64,000 nucleotides of DNA from Phoronis australis (Eukaryota; Animalia; Phoronida). Of this stretch, positions 1 through 13,300 are shown piece after piece. The notes below the pieces were generated by a model. It searched no databases, was not told the DNA's origin, and worked only from the letters and a program-made list of their open reading frames with translations. The stretch covers positions 248,001 to 312,000 of the forward strand of contig NMRA01000301.1 in the NCBI GenBank assembly GCA_002633005.1. Reading direction: 5' to 3'. Position 1 is the first letter of the stretch; each line of letters starts with the position of its first letter. A program made the position numbers and the translations under genes.

Positions 1-869
1 GAAATGCCCATGTGGCTGCTGTACCCTCGCCGTAACCCGCAGATAGAGAGAAAGTATTTGGCTAAGAATTTTTGAAAATGGCTAAGGGTAAAAGTTTTCA
101 GATGCTTTAGCCATTTTGGTACCTTTAGAGGTCTAGCAGTACCCTAGTTACCCATTTGCGCTTTTTTAATGCCAATTACACCAGGAAGTTGGATTGACTG
201 GATATTTGGTAGGTTAGTTTTTAACTGAACTGAATCCCTTTTCTTGAAGGTATATTTTCAATTGCAGTTACCATACTTTTAAACTGTTAAAATTGTGAAT
301 ATTTCCATGGACATACTCCTTGATGGTTCCTGACATGATCTGTGAGCATGCGTCTGACAATTCAAAACGTGGCCATTAAAAACAACATACTTGTTGCCTC
401 CCGAACAAAGAGTTCTATACCTGTGATATCTGGGATGACTCTATTTTCTTAAATTAAAACTGCAAACAAACTCAAATTTGGCCTTTTAGTATCGTAAAGT
501 CAGTCTCATAATATTCCTTGCTGTGATAGTTCCACTTCAGCTACCAACTAGAGCACTGGCAATGCCATTTTCGAATACACTAGAGTCAAATTTGCAATTT
601 TACGATTAGTCAACCTCAATAAACGAGTCACTGATGGTTTTGTATATTCTTGTTGGTAACGGAAATAGAATCCTGTCATGGAAAGTAATATTACGAGTCT
701 GATTTTATGACAGTAAACGGCCCAAGTGAAGTGTGGGTTGTTGGCCAACTAAGCAGGGTGAAATTCAGCTTTAAATCTAGTTATGGACAATTATAATGAC
801 CCTTATGATTTGGACAAAAACTTGAGGTCTTGAATCTTGAAAGTTATCAATGATCTTTTCTCTTCACAG

Positions 870-1329
870 GTCCCCTGTTGGTCGTGTGAGAGACGGTTAT
901 GGGGAGGTGACTGGTGACATCTCCAGAGAGAAACACCGAGAACCGGACAGTCGAGACCGAGATAGGCATTCGCGACACAGGTCGAGGTCCCGTGAACGTG
1001 AAAGACCTCACGACCGTCACGGACGATCGCGAGAGCACCAGAAAGTGTCACATTCAAGGGACAAACATCGTTCACAGTCTCGTGAGCGGCACAGGTCACG
1101 TGACCATCAGAGTTCGCGAGACAAGCACCGCAGGTCCAGAAGTCGTGAACGGAGAAGTTCTGCAAGCAGGGAAGAACGAGGGTCAAAAGGTCAGTCCAAG
1201 CACCGAAGGTCACGGTCACAAGATAGGATTTCTAAGCATAAGCACAGGTCTCACAGAGACGACAGAGATTCGTTTGAACGAGATTTGGAACGCGAGAAAA
1301 AACGACACAAACGCAAAGGAGATTACTAG
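870..1329 (+). CDS. Terminal coding exon of an RS/RH-rich nuclear splicing-type protein (PRPF38B-like candidate); upstream exons lie outside the window
   Basis: Acceptor tctcttcacag|G at 869/870, then an open frame to TAG at 1329 (SPVGRVRDG...RHRSRSRERERP...DSFERDLEREKKRHKRKGDY). SFERDLEREK resembles the SFDRELEREK motif I recall from PRPF38B, but low complexity prevents a firm identification. Confidence 0.75.
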
Positions 1330-2816
1330 TCTGTTGTTGAATGATGGGTCACAAACCGGGTTGTACTGAACTTGAGGTCTCAGGTAATCATTGGATGTAT
1401 ACCGATTCAATGGACGTCATTACTCACAACATATTGAGGTGATATTTCTTTCACAACATTTGTATTCATCACTCGTCTTGTTCTTATCTTGGAGCTGCTC
1501 TAAGTGATGCAGTTTAGTGACCCGCTTCAGCAGCACCGTACGATGCACATCTCATTCACTGTTGTTCAGATCTTGTAGGTAGTCGACGGAAACAAGTGCT
1601 TCAGTTCATAGCTCAGTATTGGGACAAGTGGTATTTCTTTTGCTAAATTTCTTGTTGAAAATGATCATTATGTTATTCTTTGTTTGTGTGGTCTGTGCTG
1701 TGTAGCAGTTGCCAAACAGCATTTAGTAAAAGTTTGAATATTCGCTGCTCAATGTCTCAAAGTCTTTGGAATATGTGAATATTAACAATGATTGTGTCCC
1801 AAATTAAAGATTTTAAATGCCGGTACTGATGATTAAGACTGAAGAAAAGTTTAATACCAAGAAAACATTTTGTTTAAGCCCAACATTTTGAGCATTGCCC
1901 TTTCCCAGATGTTGCAACAGAGTCTTATTGTACCTTCTCTGTGAGGTGTGGACTATTGTATGAAGCGGAGTCTGCCGCCAAGATCTGAAACTGTCTCGAA
2001 TCTTTTCTGAGTGGTATTGGAAAGGCTTTTGTAACATTGAAACATTTAAGAGCCAGTTATTGAAAGGCTTTTAGGTGTATGTAGGATTGATGTGTGGTTT
2101 CACTTGTCAGTTGTTTACAACAGTCAAATGGCCAACTTTTGATTTACACTTTGTTGTAAAATTCATCTCAACATGTTCTTCATTTAAGTTTGAAGTAATT
2201 TGTGGGCACGGAAGGAACTGACAGTTTATCCCAGTCATGTCATGTGCTGTGTAGGGTCTCTATCGATAATGAATTGCCAGTTCTTTGCACAGACTGACGA
2301 CACTTCTCCCCATCTAAGAACGTTTTGAAACCAGCTTTATAGTAAGTAGTTTAAATCGAAAGTTTATTTCTGGAACAGAATGCTGCAGTGTTACTATGGC
2401 TGTAAAACCGTGTTCTGTCCAAGAACTGTCAAACAACAGGTACGATTGTGTCTTCAAGCAAGTCTGTCCAAGAACTGAACTTTGGATTTAGACCAATTAC
2501 TTCCATAAATTTGGTCTCTACTTAATCTTTACTCAGAAGGGAAGTGGTTTCTAGCCTTGCAGATAAGTGACTGTTGGTTATTCATTGAAAGCATGCTCAA
2601 GATAATTTGTAGAGCTTTATCTTTAAGCAACAACCAGTTGTCAGTATTTTTGAAGCCCAGAAATCATCCCCAAATGGAATGAGGAATAATTTAAGACCAA
2701 TTAACTGGAAATGGTCTTAATCAAATTTTTGCAATGGAAGGCTTGTGCACCGTTAGTGCAGTTGATAGTTGTTCACACACTTCCATTTAGATTTTATTAA
2801 TGCACTTGAGCATCTG

Positions 2817-2954
2817 GGCTCAGTTGCATAAAAGTTAAATGCCGTGATATCGCATTATCACGCGCCATGTTCTTATTATTGAACAATGCACCTGATGTCA
2901 TCCAACAATCAAACTTATCCAGCGGATAACTGTGAAGTTTTATGCAACCCAGCC
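2817..2954. mobile_element. Harbinger-type MITE
   Basis: TIR GGCTCAGTTGCATAAAA / TTTTATGCAACCCAGCC with CWG flanks. Confidence 0.65.
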
Positions 2955-2976
2955 CAGGTTAATATCACAAGTGTAG

Positions 2977-3570
2977 TATTTTATCCCATGCGCGTTGAAT
3001 CTGTCGAGGGAAATACGGCCTTGTAATAAGTTTTCCGTATTCACCTCCCGCACTACTTCAACAGCGACCCCTGATATGGAAAGTTCAAAATGTAGGTCAA
3101 TGTCGACTCGACGTCTTCAGCCGGTTCGATCATCAAACTTTCCGAATATAGTTTAAAGTAATACAGTTGCAGCAGTGTAACTAACACTCGACATGCAACC
3201 AGGCCCTAAACGTAAAATCTGGAACAAAACTGTTAATTATAAAACACTTATTTCTCAGTTTTCAATTGCTGAATACTATATCGTCTGCAACTCAGGCGCC
3301 GATTCCTAGGAAAATAAAATATCAAACGTTTTTTAACTATTTCCAGGAGATGTTACATGTTCACTGCATAGTTGCCGTTGTTTTCATCTTTGGTACCTCT
3401 TTTCAAGAAATATATCGTTACTGTTTCTTTTACAAGAGAAAACTTGCAACCTAACGTGCAAGTACATACATATAGGATGTGATCGCCATTTGAACAGTCT
3501 CGGTGAAGTATTTAAAAATCTGCCAAAAAAATGTAGGAAACTTAGGAATTCGAAGCGCATGGGATAAATA
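2977..3570. mobile_element. TIR element with TA ends
   Basis: TATTTTATCCCATGCGCGTTGAAT ... ATTCGAAGCGCATGGGATAAATA. Confidence 0.6.
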
Positions 3571-3716
3571 CAAAACGTACCTCGATTGGCGTACATGAAG
3601 TAATACCCCACTCGACCTTATTCCGCGTTTCGACCTTGACCTTTGGTCTCAGTCGATAACCGGAATAACGTCTTGTGACATCTTACTTCATGTACGCCAC
3701 TCTCGGTACGTTTTGT
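3570..3716. mobile_element. Short fold-back MITE
   Basis: 34-bp inverted repeat ACAAAACGTACC...TGGCGTACATGAAGTAA with few mismatches. Confidence 0.65.
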
Positions 3717-6311
3717 GTATGTATTTTGCATGTCATAAAAAATTTAAATGCACTTTCAAGAACTTAACTTGCTGAGAGACTACGTTCTGAAATGTCTTAT
3801 TTGTAAAGTTTAGATAAAAATGTAAGTATTGTTAAAGCGGCATAAAACGTATAAAACAGACTAAATTGCATCATTTGAAGTGGTTCTGTGTAAATTAACT
3901 GAAACAAAAGTCAAACTGTCCTTTTTTAGTTTGTTCGTAAAGGTTTTGAATTGATGTTGATGTCAAAGCATTTTTCCTTTGGTTACAAATTTCAAAAAAC
4001 AATTTTATCAACTGCTTGTCACTTCATCAATTTCTCTTCAATAAAGCAAAGTGTATCTCCTTATACCATATGGCAAGACATTTCCCTTTGATGTAAACAA
4101 AAGAATGGCACTTGGGAATTGTTACATGGGTTATTCTCCGAGCGCATACGCACATATATTATGGCAGAGAATTTGAAAACTGCATCGGGATGAGAGTTTA
4201 TATGTAATCTATGTTTCATAAATAGTGAGTCTGATGACTTTTTCTAGAAATTCTTGCATTATTCAATTGAAAGTGAATAACTCTCATGTTAGCATCCCAA
4301 AGAAGTAGATTGGCCAGTCTATTGTGAAGGTATTTTATGAGTTTTTGCATTCCATGCCTCTTTAAAATTCAATTTTGGCACTAGAATGGCTTTTATAATC
4401 TTGCCCTTTTCCATGTTTCAAATTCTTAAGCTACTGCATGGTTGCTCATCCTGTTTATATTGAAAAATTCTTACTATGAACTCAAATCTATGAATAATTC
4501 ACTGGTTTCATCAAGAACAGTAGTCCACCATTGCTTGCCAGTTAACGTTACCCCGTATGGTAGTGAAGTCATGCAGGGTATACACTGTACTTTTGTGCTT
4601 TTAAAGTCACTAAAAGCTAGCTGAGACTTTCATACGGTGCATGAAAACATTTTGCGAGTCCTTGTTGCAAATTGACGCATTCAGCTATGCTTTGTGCGAA
4701 TTGTCAGCAGTGTCTGTTGGAAAAATAAAAAATTATTTTTGGAAAATGAAAACATGCTATGCTTGAATGGGAACCATGGTACCATAGCCACGACATGTGT
4801 TGGTGAAAGTCAAGGAGTGAAAAAAACAGATGTGAAACACAGTTAATGGGAACAAGTTGTATTCAGCTGAATAGCGTTATAATTCAGTGTTTCCATGCGG
4901 ATGACAATTCATGATTTGATTTTAACTTGGTAATCTCGTCTGTGGTCCTCAATTTTTATCATTAAACCTAATTTTATTACTATGTTGACGGGAACCTTGT
5001 AGTTGAGTCGTCATAGGTTTACTTTGCAAATGCAAACTAAGTTTGAAACAACCTGCTATAAAGTGTAAATTGTGAGGTAGAACTGTAATTTGTATAAATA
5101 TGTATTAAGAATAAATTTTCATTTTGTAATTGAAGACGTTTTTGTGTAGATTGTGTCAAACCACTACAGTCATGGACATCAATAAGCATTACATTCATAT
5201 TGAAGGTCATCATTTTAGTTCCTATGTTATACTTAAATAACAATGATCTTAGCCAGAGATCGTTAAATTTTACTTCAAATTTTGACTGGAGGATTAACCA
5301 ACAACATCATGTTGAAAATTTACTGACATTTGACACACGGTCAATTTTTAAGTTTGATCTGGTGGCCTTCAGCTTCGGGCAACATTGCCCTTTTTCTCTC
5401 TGCCCATACACAACCCAATATCACACTTGGAATTGGTCCAAATTTGACTGCTGGAATGCCAATGAAAATGCAAACATTCAATACGCAGTATTGCATGCAC
5501 AGTTCATATTCACTTTTGAATGGTGTTCGATAGTTTGCAGCTGTTTTATGACCGCAGAGTACAAGATGTGTTGTTCTACTGTCCATTCCAAGGCCCTTTA
5601 TAACATTTTATTAAAATCTGTCCAGAAATTGTTTAATTGGTTGCAAATTGACAGATGCAGAGGCATGCATGAACACTCCGACAAGAACATTACTCCCAAG
5701 TGTTACTTAGAGCAGGTCACTTAGAAAAATGTGGACACGAGCCACTGAACCCACGATGTCTCAAACCCATGGGCAAATTTGGATAACGTATGAAACATGT
5801 TAGTTTTTGTCCAATTTTATTTTTGGGGGACCATCATCTGTCTTGTGATTTTGTGTGCATTCAGTGCATTACAGGTCTTGTGAGGCACTGAGCTTGCTGT
5901 TTTGACCAGCTGTTCTGCACTGCCGTGTCAGAACAATGTAGTATAATCTTATGCTATTTTAGCAAAGAGATAAAATGAGTGATTGCCAACTGGAATTGAA
6001 CAGGCCACTTGGGCCCTAGCTGACCAATCACAATGTGTCAATAGTGTTGGGTACATTCCTAAAATTAACCTTGTTTTAATTCTGCAAGCTTTCAATTTTG
6101 ATCAATGTTGCAATTCTTGCCCAAAATGTGATGTGATACGTGAGATATGGAAAACTACAAACTGACCCCTCAGAAAGTCGATAGTTGTGTAATATGAAAG
6201 ACACCGTCTGTCAGGAAAACTTAATAAAATACAGGAATGCTGCACTAACGCTCACCACCCTGTAACTTCTGAAGAAGAGCAGTGATGCCTCTGAAACATT
6301 CCTATGTACAC

Positions 6312-6450
6312 ACACACTCGGTTAAGTTTTCAAAATCAACTAAACAGAATTCTGTTTCACTCAGCCAAACTTGGACAAACTTTTTGCCAGAATCATTCTA
6401 GCGGTTTTGGTCAACTTTTGTGGCAATAAAATAACATTTTGTCAAATTTA
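6312..6450 (+). repeat. Dispersed repeat fragment, inverted copy at about 18550-18722
   Basis: CTTGGACAAA.TT.TTGCCAGAAT...CAACTTTTGT..CAATAAAA shared between the two sites. Confidence 0.6.
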
Positions 6451-7268
6451 AAGCAGAGTTTAGTATGCATTATATCTCTTAGACTTGTACTATTTATTTG
6501 TGAATGGGTTCACAAGGTGATGTGTTGGAATGGAAAATCAAAGTGCAAGGATTTTAAGCATTCAATGTCAACTTTTAAGCCCTGTCCAAATAATCGTTAA
6601 AACTAATTGTACCTTACTCCTTACTGGTTATGAAACTATTTAGATTGGTTCTGATGGTCAGCAAATCTTTTAGAAAAGCTGTAAATTATCATGAAATATA
6701 ATTTTATTACATTTAGAAATAACAGCAGAGCATTTGATTTCATAGAATGGGTGCAAGTTGAGATCGAATTCACCAATACAAATGCATTTCAATAAATACA
6801 AGTTTGAAAAATACTTCATACAACAGTCATACAAGTGGTGAGAAAGTGGCCGATAACATCTAGTTCAGAGTGAGCTTCTGACTCAAAGTAGCATTTCTAC
6901 TCAAACTGATTTCAACCATGTACACAGGGGTATCTGACATCACACTCTGCTTACAACTACAGAACGAGAGACTTCAAAGTTGTTTGAACCATGAGAGCTG
7001 ATGCTAAAAAACTGATTCCATTTATCAAATTGAATTCAACTCCAACGATTGAAGTATATGATACCAAACTCAAAATAACGCCATCTATGTCTGTCTTGCA
7101 GAGCTCCAATAAAAATCGGAAATATGAAGTTTAAATAGTGGACCTTATTTCTCAAAAATCATAGTGGTAAAGTTGGCCCAAACTCTGGTTTGAGGCTTCA
7201 GTCAACAGTTTGCTGTGGTAGGCACTACCTTTGCTCAGGCCCCAGTCAACAGCATGCTATAGTCAGCA

Positions 7269-7391
7269 CTAGCTCTGCTCCGATCTCCGAGAAGAAGAAT
7301 CCACTATCTTGCCTGGTTGCTGCGCTGGCATGCGCAGATTTTGGGCCTCCTTTTTTAAAACTGTCAACAAGGTTTGTGAACTCTCGAGTAT
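7269..7391 (-). CDS. SSNA1: SSNA1 exon 4 (stop)
   Basis: tttcag|[19 protein letters not shown]...EQS*. Confidence 0.95.
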   Translation of the reverse strand: MLESSQTLLTVLKKEAQNLRMPAQQPGKIVDSSSRRSEQS

Positions 7392-10300
7392 CTGAAAGTA
7401 AATAATATCCATTTGTCATCTTTTTAATAATCATCGTTCCGTGTTTGCATGATCCTCATGTAAAGTACGGTTGACCTCCACAGATTAAGAAGGGAATGAT
7501 AAGAAGTCTCAATGATGGCAATGTTTTTGGTTTTCATTTTGTTAGAGAATTTTGTCATGTAAAATTTAATCACTGTGACAATGCATGCTGACAGTACAAA
7601 ATTATTTAATCATAAATTGCCAAAGTAGTATCATATTTGACCTCAAGAGGTTCGGGAACTGGTCAACTGGTCAACTGAGATTCAGGTGAAGTCCACTTTG
7701 TGCTATGCAAGCATACATCAGTGGTTTGAAGCACTAACACATCAAAAATGCACCTGAGTTCTGAAACAGGACTACTCAGAACAAATGACTGGTGACTGGT
7801 CACATGGGATGGACAACATGCGCTGCCACCTAGTTGAAGATAGACTTCAGACAAGAGGGTAGTCTACCAAATACTTAACTGTTGGCATAATGGGGAGAAC
7901 ATTTTCAAATTCACGAAAAAAAAATGTATAAAGCGCAACACATATGAGTACATTTAGGTGCATTTACTTTTAACCGAAATGTTTGTAAGTTAATACTTAA
8001 AATTTGCTGTTTCTCATACAGGATATGGACTTTCGTATGTAATTCTATATTTAATACATAAAACAAGTGCCTACATCCAAGTTTCCCTTCTAATCGCAGG
8101 CAGGTACAGGTGTGTCTTGCACTGGATTTTGAGTTTTTTCATGTAAGGGCTAAATTAAATTGCTTCTTGTGCGACCAACCATAACATACATGCATGACTC
8201 AAATCATTTTGTCTGCAATCTGTCATTACAGCATTACTTTTCCCCTGGTAGAAAAAATATTTTGCAGCAAAAATTAGAGAAAAAGCAGCCAAATTTTGGA
8301 AAGATTCGCCAATACAGCTGGACAAGTTAGTTCCATCTTTCAACACGAGACGGAGATAGTAGTTGGACATTGGCCAAAATGCTTCTGGTGCATAAAAAGA
8401 CCATCCAGATTGAGCCAATTTAGGATACAATATTGGAATGGATGGCGAACCCTGCAATTTTGCAATTTTCTAAAGGGTCTCTAAACTTGTAAATGCCCTG
8501 AAATTTCTCGGTGGCAATGGAAATAAGGTCCTCCACTAACAAGGATATCTGTAGGCACATTATGCGACTAAGTGACCTTATGTTGACTTTGGTGTTTCGG
8601 CCAACCGAACAGAAAGAAATGCACTTTGAGTGCGCCGGGGGCAATGCCCATGGACACGTGTGTCTATTGGCTCGACAATATTGTTAGATTTAAATTTGTA
8701 TCCTCCTGACAGTGAATTTTTTGTTTTCTGCTGATGTTGGTCTGACTCATGAAGGTGGCATATTTCCAGTCTTGTGACCATAAGGAACAGTACTTAACCC
8801 AATGTCAACTCTGTGTCGATCTACCTCACACCTCACCTTCATATAAGCTTGTTCTGTCTCGGCTATAGTTTTATCGAATTCGTTCCTAGCGTTCAACTTC
8901 TTACTTAGACTTTCATTGACTTTCGCTAACTTCTCTGTTAATAACCGTATATCGTTTTGTAACCTGAAATGAAAATGTGAAAAGTATTTGACAGTGAAGA
9001 GAAAACATCAGGTGTCCCAAGGATTATCAACATTCCGTTGGAATTGAGAGATTAGCAGCACTAGTTAAAATGTCCATGAATCGCGTTCCATCCAGAAGTG
9101 AATTTTCAATTAATGTAGACCACTTACTGCTAACAAATTTGTCTTGACATATTCTTTAATCAGATGAGAAGTTTGCAGAGAGCTGACATTCAAAAATAAT
9201 TTCTCAAGACCATGCTTGTTGCATAAAATGACACATTGTTTCAAGACATCTTGTAGAGCACCATATCAACCAACATAAGGGTCTGTCAGTGAATTCTTTC
9301 AACCAACATAAGGGTCTGTCAGTGAATTCTTTCAACCAACATGAGGGTCTGTCAGTGAATTCTTTCAACCAACATAAGGGTCTGTCAGTGAATTCTTTCA
9401 ACCAACACAAGAGTCTGTCAGTGAAATCTTTCAAAGTCCAAAAATCACCTCTAGTTTGACCAAGGAACAATTTGAGAATAATTTCATTACGGAAAGTGGT
9501 CTAAATCAAGTCATTTTTGTGACGGGAGGCAGGTTTGTTACCATTTTAATCTTTAGAAACTATGACCACAGTTCATTTCAGAAGCTTTTTTGACTTTTAA
9601 AAACTCTGGATGTTCTCTACAACTGAACTAAAGTCTTTTTGTGATAACGAATATTTTTAGATTATTTTGAAGGTGTGAGTACTGCAAAAATTCACTAATT
9701 CCGGAGAAAAAAAATTCCCAAAATTGCCCATTTTTCAAGGTTTTCTTACATTGTTGTGAGTGACCAAAAGTTTTCAAAATTTTGTGTGTTCATAAATACC
9801 ATACAAAACTTGAGCAATATAAAGAAAATTTAATTTTGCGCTACAAATCTTCTATAAACAAGAGAAACGCAAAGCGTTGAAATGTGCCCACAAATGCATC
9901 GCAAAGGGTGTGCTTTTAGGGTTGTTTGTTGGTCATAAAAATGGCCACTAGATGGCGCAAAACGTACAAACCATCCGAAAATGGGAACATGTCATAGCTT
10001 CTTTAATAGAAAGCTATTCACCAAATTTCAAAGAAATCTGTCACGGAACTTTAGAGAAACAAAGGAAAACAGAATAAAATGAAAAGTGCCACTAGGAAGC
10101 AGTGTTCATTGGATCCGCCTGAAAGTCGTCATTGTCTGTTGTTAGCTTCATATTAATACACTTACTAAAGACCCAGCAGTGAGTTTAGGAGATACAGCTA
10201 TGGGCGCAAAACAAAACAAAACTACCATGATTGGAGATAACACAGTAGTCAAAGTCGTCATCGTCAACCATCCTCTTCACAAAGAGAACACAAACGCCAA

Positions 10301-13300
10301 TTTTCAAAACCATCCTTAGAATGATTTGGTTGATAGAAGGGTGGACGTCAAAAAAACAGACTCGAAAATCGCAAAAATGGCCACTAGGTGGTGCAAAATA
10401 CCTTGTTTCCATCCAAAATGGGTGGATAGCATCATCTCACCAACAGATGCCTGTATTCAAAATTTCATATAAATCCTTAGGGGACCCTTGAAGATACAGA
10501 GGTAAATGTAAAATCTCACACCAGTAGTCAGATACATCAGAAAGTCGTCGTTGTTCTTTGTTAACATCATATAAATACACTGTCACTTGTTATTTTTAGT
10601 AAAGATCCTGCAAACAGTTTGGGAGCAAAAAAAACGAAACTGCCACTAGAAGGCGCCACAGTAGCTGAAGTCATCAGAAAATCATCGTCAGCCGTCCACT
10701 TCATAGCAAAAACATACATGCAAATTTCCACAATTATCCTGAAACCGACTTTGTTGATAGAGGGGTGGATTCCAAAAAACAGACTCGAAAACAGTAGAAA
10801 TGGCCACTAGGTGGCGCAAACTAAGTCAAATCCATCTGAAAACGGAAACATGGCGTTACCACACTAACAGAAGCCTGTACGCTAAATTTTTTGAAAATAC
10901 ATTGAGGACCTTTGAAGATACAGAGATTAACGTAAAAAAAATAAAATTGCCACCAGAAGGCACACCAGTAGTCAAATCCATCGGAAAGTCATAATCGTCC
11001 TTTGTCAACAACATATAAATGCACTTACTAAATTTAGTAAAGATCCTGCAAACGGTTTAGGAGATACAGCCATAAGCGCAAAAAAAAACTTCCACTAGGA
11101 GGCACCACAGTCATCGAAATCGTAGGAAAATCAACGTCAGCTGTCCTCTTCATAGTAAGAACATACATGCCAATTTCCACAATCATCCTTAAAGTGGTTT
11201 AGTTTATAGTGGGGTGGACGACTCAAAACATACTCGAAAACAGTAAAAATGACCACTAGGTGACACAAATTACATTGAATCTATCTGAAAACGGGTGGAT
11301 AGCGTCATCTCACTAATAGATGCCTACATGCCAAACTTTATGAAAATACCCTGAAAACTTTTGCAGATATATAGGTAAGCGTAAAAAACTAAAATTGCCA
11401 CTAGGGGGCAGACCGGTAGTCGAATCCATCCGAAAGCTCGCTCATGCCGTCCCATCTACGAAAGGAACATATGTGCAAAATTTCATGAACATAGGTCAAA
11501 CGGTTTTGGAGTTAGAGCAGCGGACGCCAGATGACGGCATAATGCGTCCACATATAAATATGTGGGGGCATAAAAAATAAGAAGATAAATTAAATTTCAT
11601 CCATTGGCCATGTTGTGTCCTAAACTGGTGAGATTTTATTTGGTCTCCATATTTCCCACAATGCACTGTGTTGGCATATAATGTTATGTACTGTCACGGA
11701 ATCAAACATTTGCTGTTAGGTGATGAAAACGTTAAGCAGTACCCCGTATCGAGAGATTTCATCCAAGTTTAAAAAGTGAAATCCGACTTATCTGAAGGAC
11801 TGTGTGGACAACCTATAACAATACTGTACTGCCGAACTTTGTCCGAGTTATGTGAAAATCCAAGTTAAGTGAGTTTTACTGCATGTACTTGAGCATGAAT
11901 GACATCATCAAATGTCTTCTTTCCAGGCTAACATACTTCTGTTTTTCCTCTTCCTCCTGTAAAATGTTCTTGTGAAGTTCATCTCGCTTAGCACACAGGT
12001 CTTCAATGCCTATAAGCAAATAGTAGATAGTCAAGGTCAAAAATGCAGATGAGGTTGAAATTAAAATGCAATTTGTTTTGCCTTTAGTGGCCCTCCGTAA
12101 AACACATTTTGCATTTTTAAAACATTTTTAAAAATAGAGTGTAATCTAACACTTGAAGCAAAATCCACATCACAGGCAGGTATTGAATCACCGACATTAG
12201 AGACGGCAGTACAAACCATTCAGTCAAGAGACAATTGGTGAGCAATTTACAGGTTGCTTTCCACGACTGTATGGCACAAATGAAATTGGTAATTCATAAT
12301 GCAAAAATAGTATTTATAATTGCTTCAAGTCTCAACAAAAAATATAGCCTTTACTTAGTTCAGCCAAAGTGAAATTCAAATTTGACCAACAACCAAACAT
12401 TCTGACTACTGTGAACCAAATTTTGATGGATGAGTTTCGAACTTGACCAGGTTCATGCAGTCTAGCCCACTCACTCTGAAGGTTACCTCCTCCAAGAGTT
12501 CATTTTTAACCTAACTTTAATTTATATTTATATTCATGTAATTATACAAGAATACATGTTACTTCGGTTATTAGATGCAATGGTGGGCCTACCAAAAACA
12601 ACGCCTGTGAACTAAATACCCTTTGTTTAGGTTTCTCACGTATGCCAAATTGGGCTTCAAAGCACGTCTTATGGATATTGAAATGCATTCACCAAATCCA
12701 TATCCTGATCGCACCATTTAACAGAGCCGGCGACAAAAAAGTTTATCCGCTAAACCTCGGCCGTCAACCTGGAAACATGCACTCTGCCCAATTGAAACTA
12801 CTTATAGTTGAGTACCCTGTCCTTGTTGTGACACGTGACTTTGAGGTGTGATGTAAGTATAAAGCCTCACTAAATTACTTGCCAAGCGCCAATTGCCTCT
12901 GTTTAGATATTTGACTCTCATGTTGGTAGCCATGGTTTAATACCCTCCGACAGCATGAGGAATTTTCTATAGCCCTGCCAGTGTTCACTAAATGGACACA
13001 AATGGTCCAGCAAATTCAGAAGCAGTGAAGCTACATACTCTACAAGTTCTTCTGCTGCTGGTAATAATTCTTTTAAAAAAATTAAAACCGAGTCCGGCAA
13101 GAGATCTTTTATCTAATACGCTGCTGCTGCAATTTGGAAGTCTCGTAGGCCAGGAATTCAATTAATACTTTCAAACTTAATATTAAAAAGTGGCTGTAAT
13201 TTACCTTACCATTCTTACACTGTACCTGTCTTAATTACATCATTTTCATTACTGTAAATTGTCTCCCTATAGTGGAGCCTGCCCGTGGTTAGTGGCTGAC

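Noticed and set aside
5200-5724. 174-aa ORF between the convergent genes
   Set aside because: Non-ATG start, no recognisable domain, composition like random AT-rich DNA.
5980-6045. tRNA or tRNA-SINE head on the minus strand (similar trace at about 12170-12230)
   Set aside because: Only a B-box-like trace with no cloverleaf. Too degenerate to call.
9204-9470. 88-aa ORF with ([11 protein letters not shown])n, or a CRISPR-like array
   Set aside because: A 33-bp head-to-tail minisatellite with no spacers, no cas genes and an intronic eukaryotic context.
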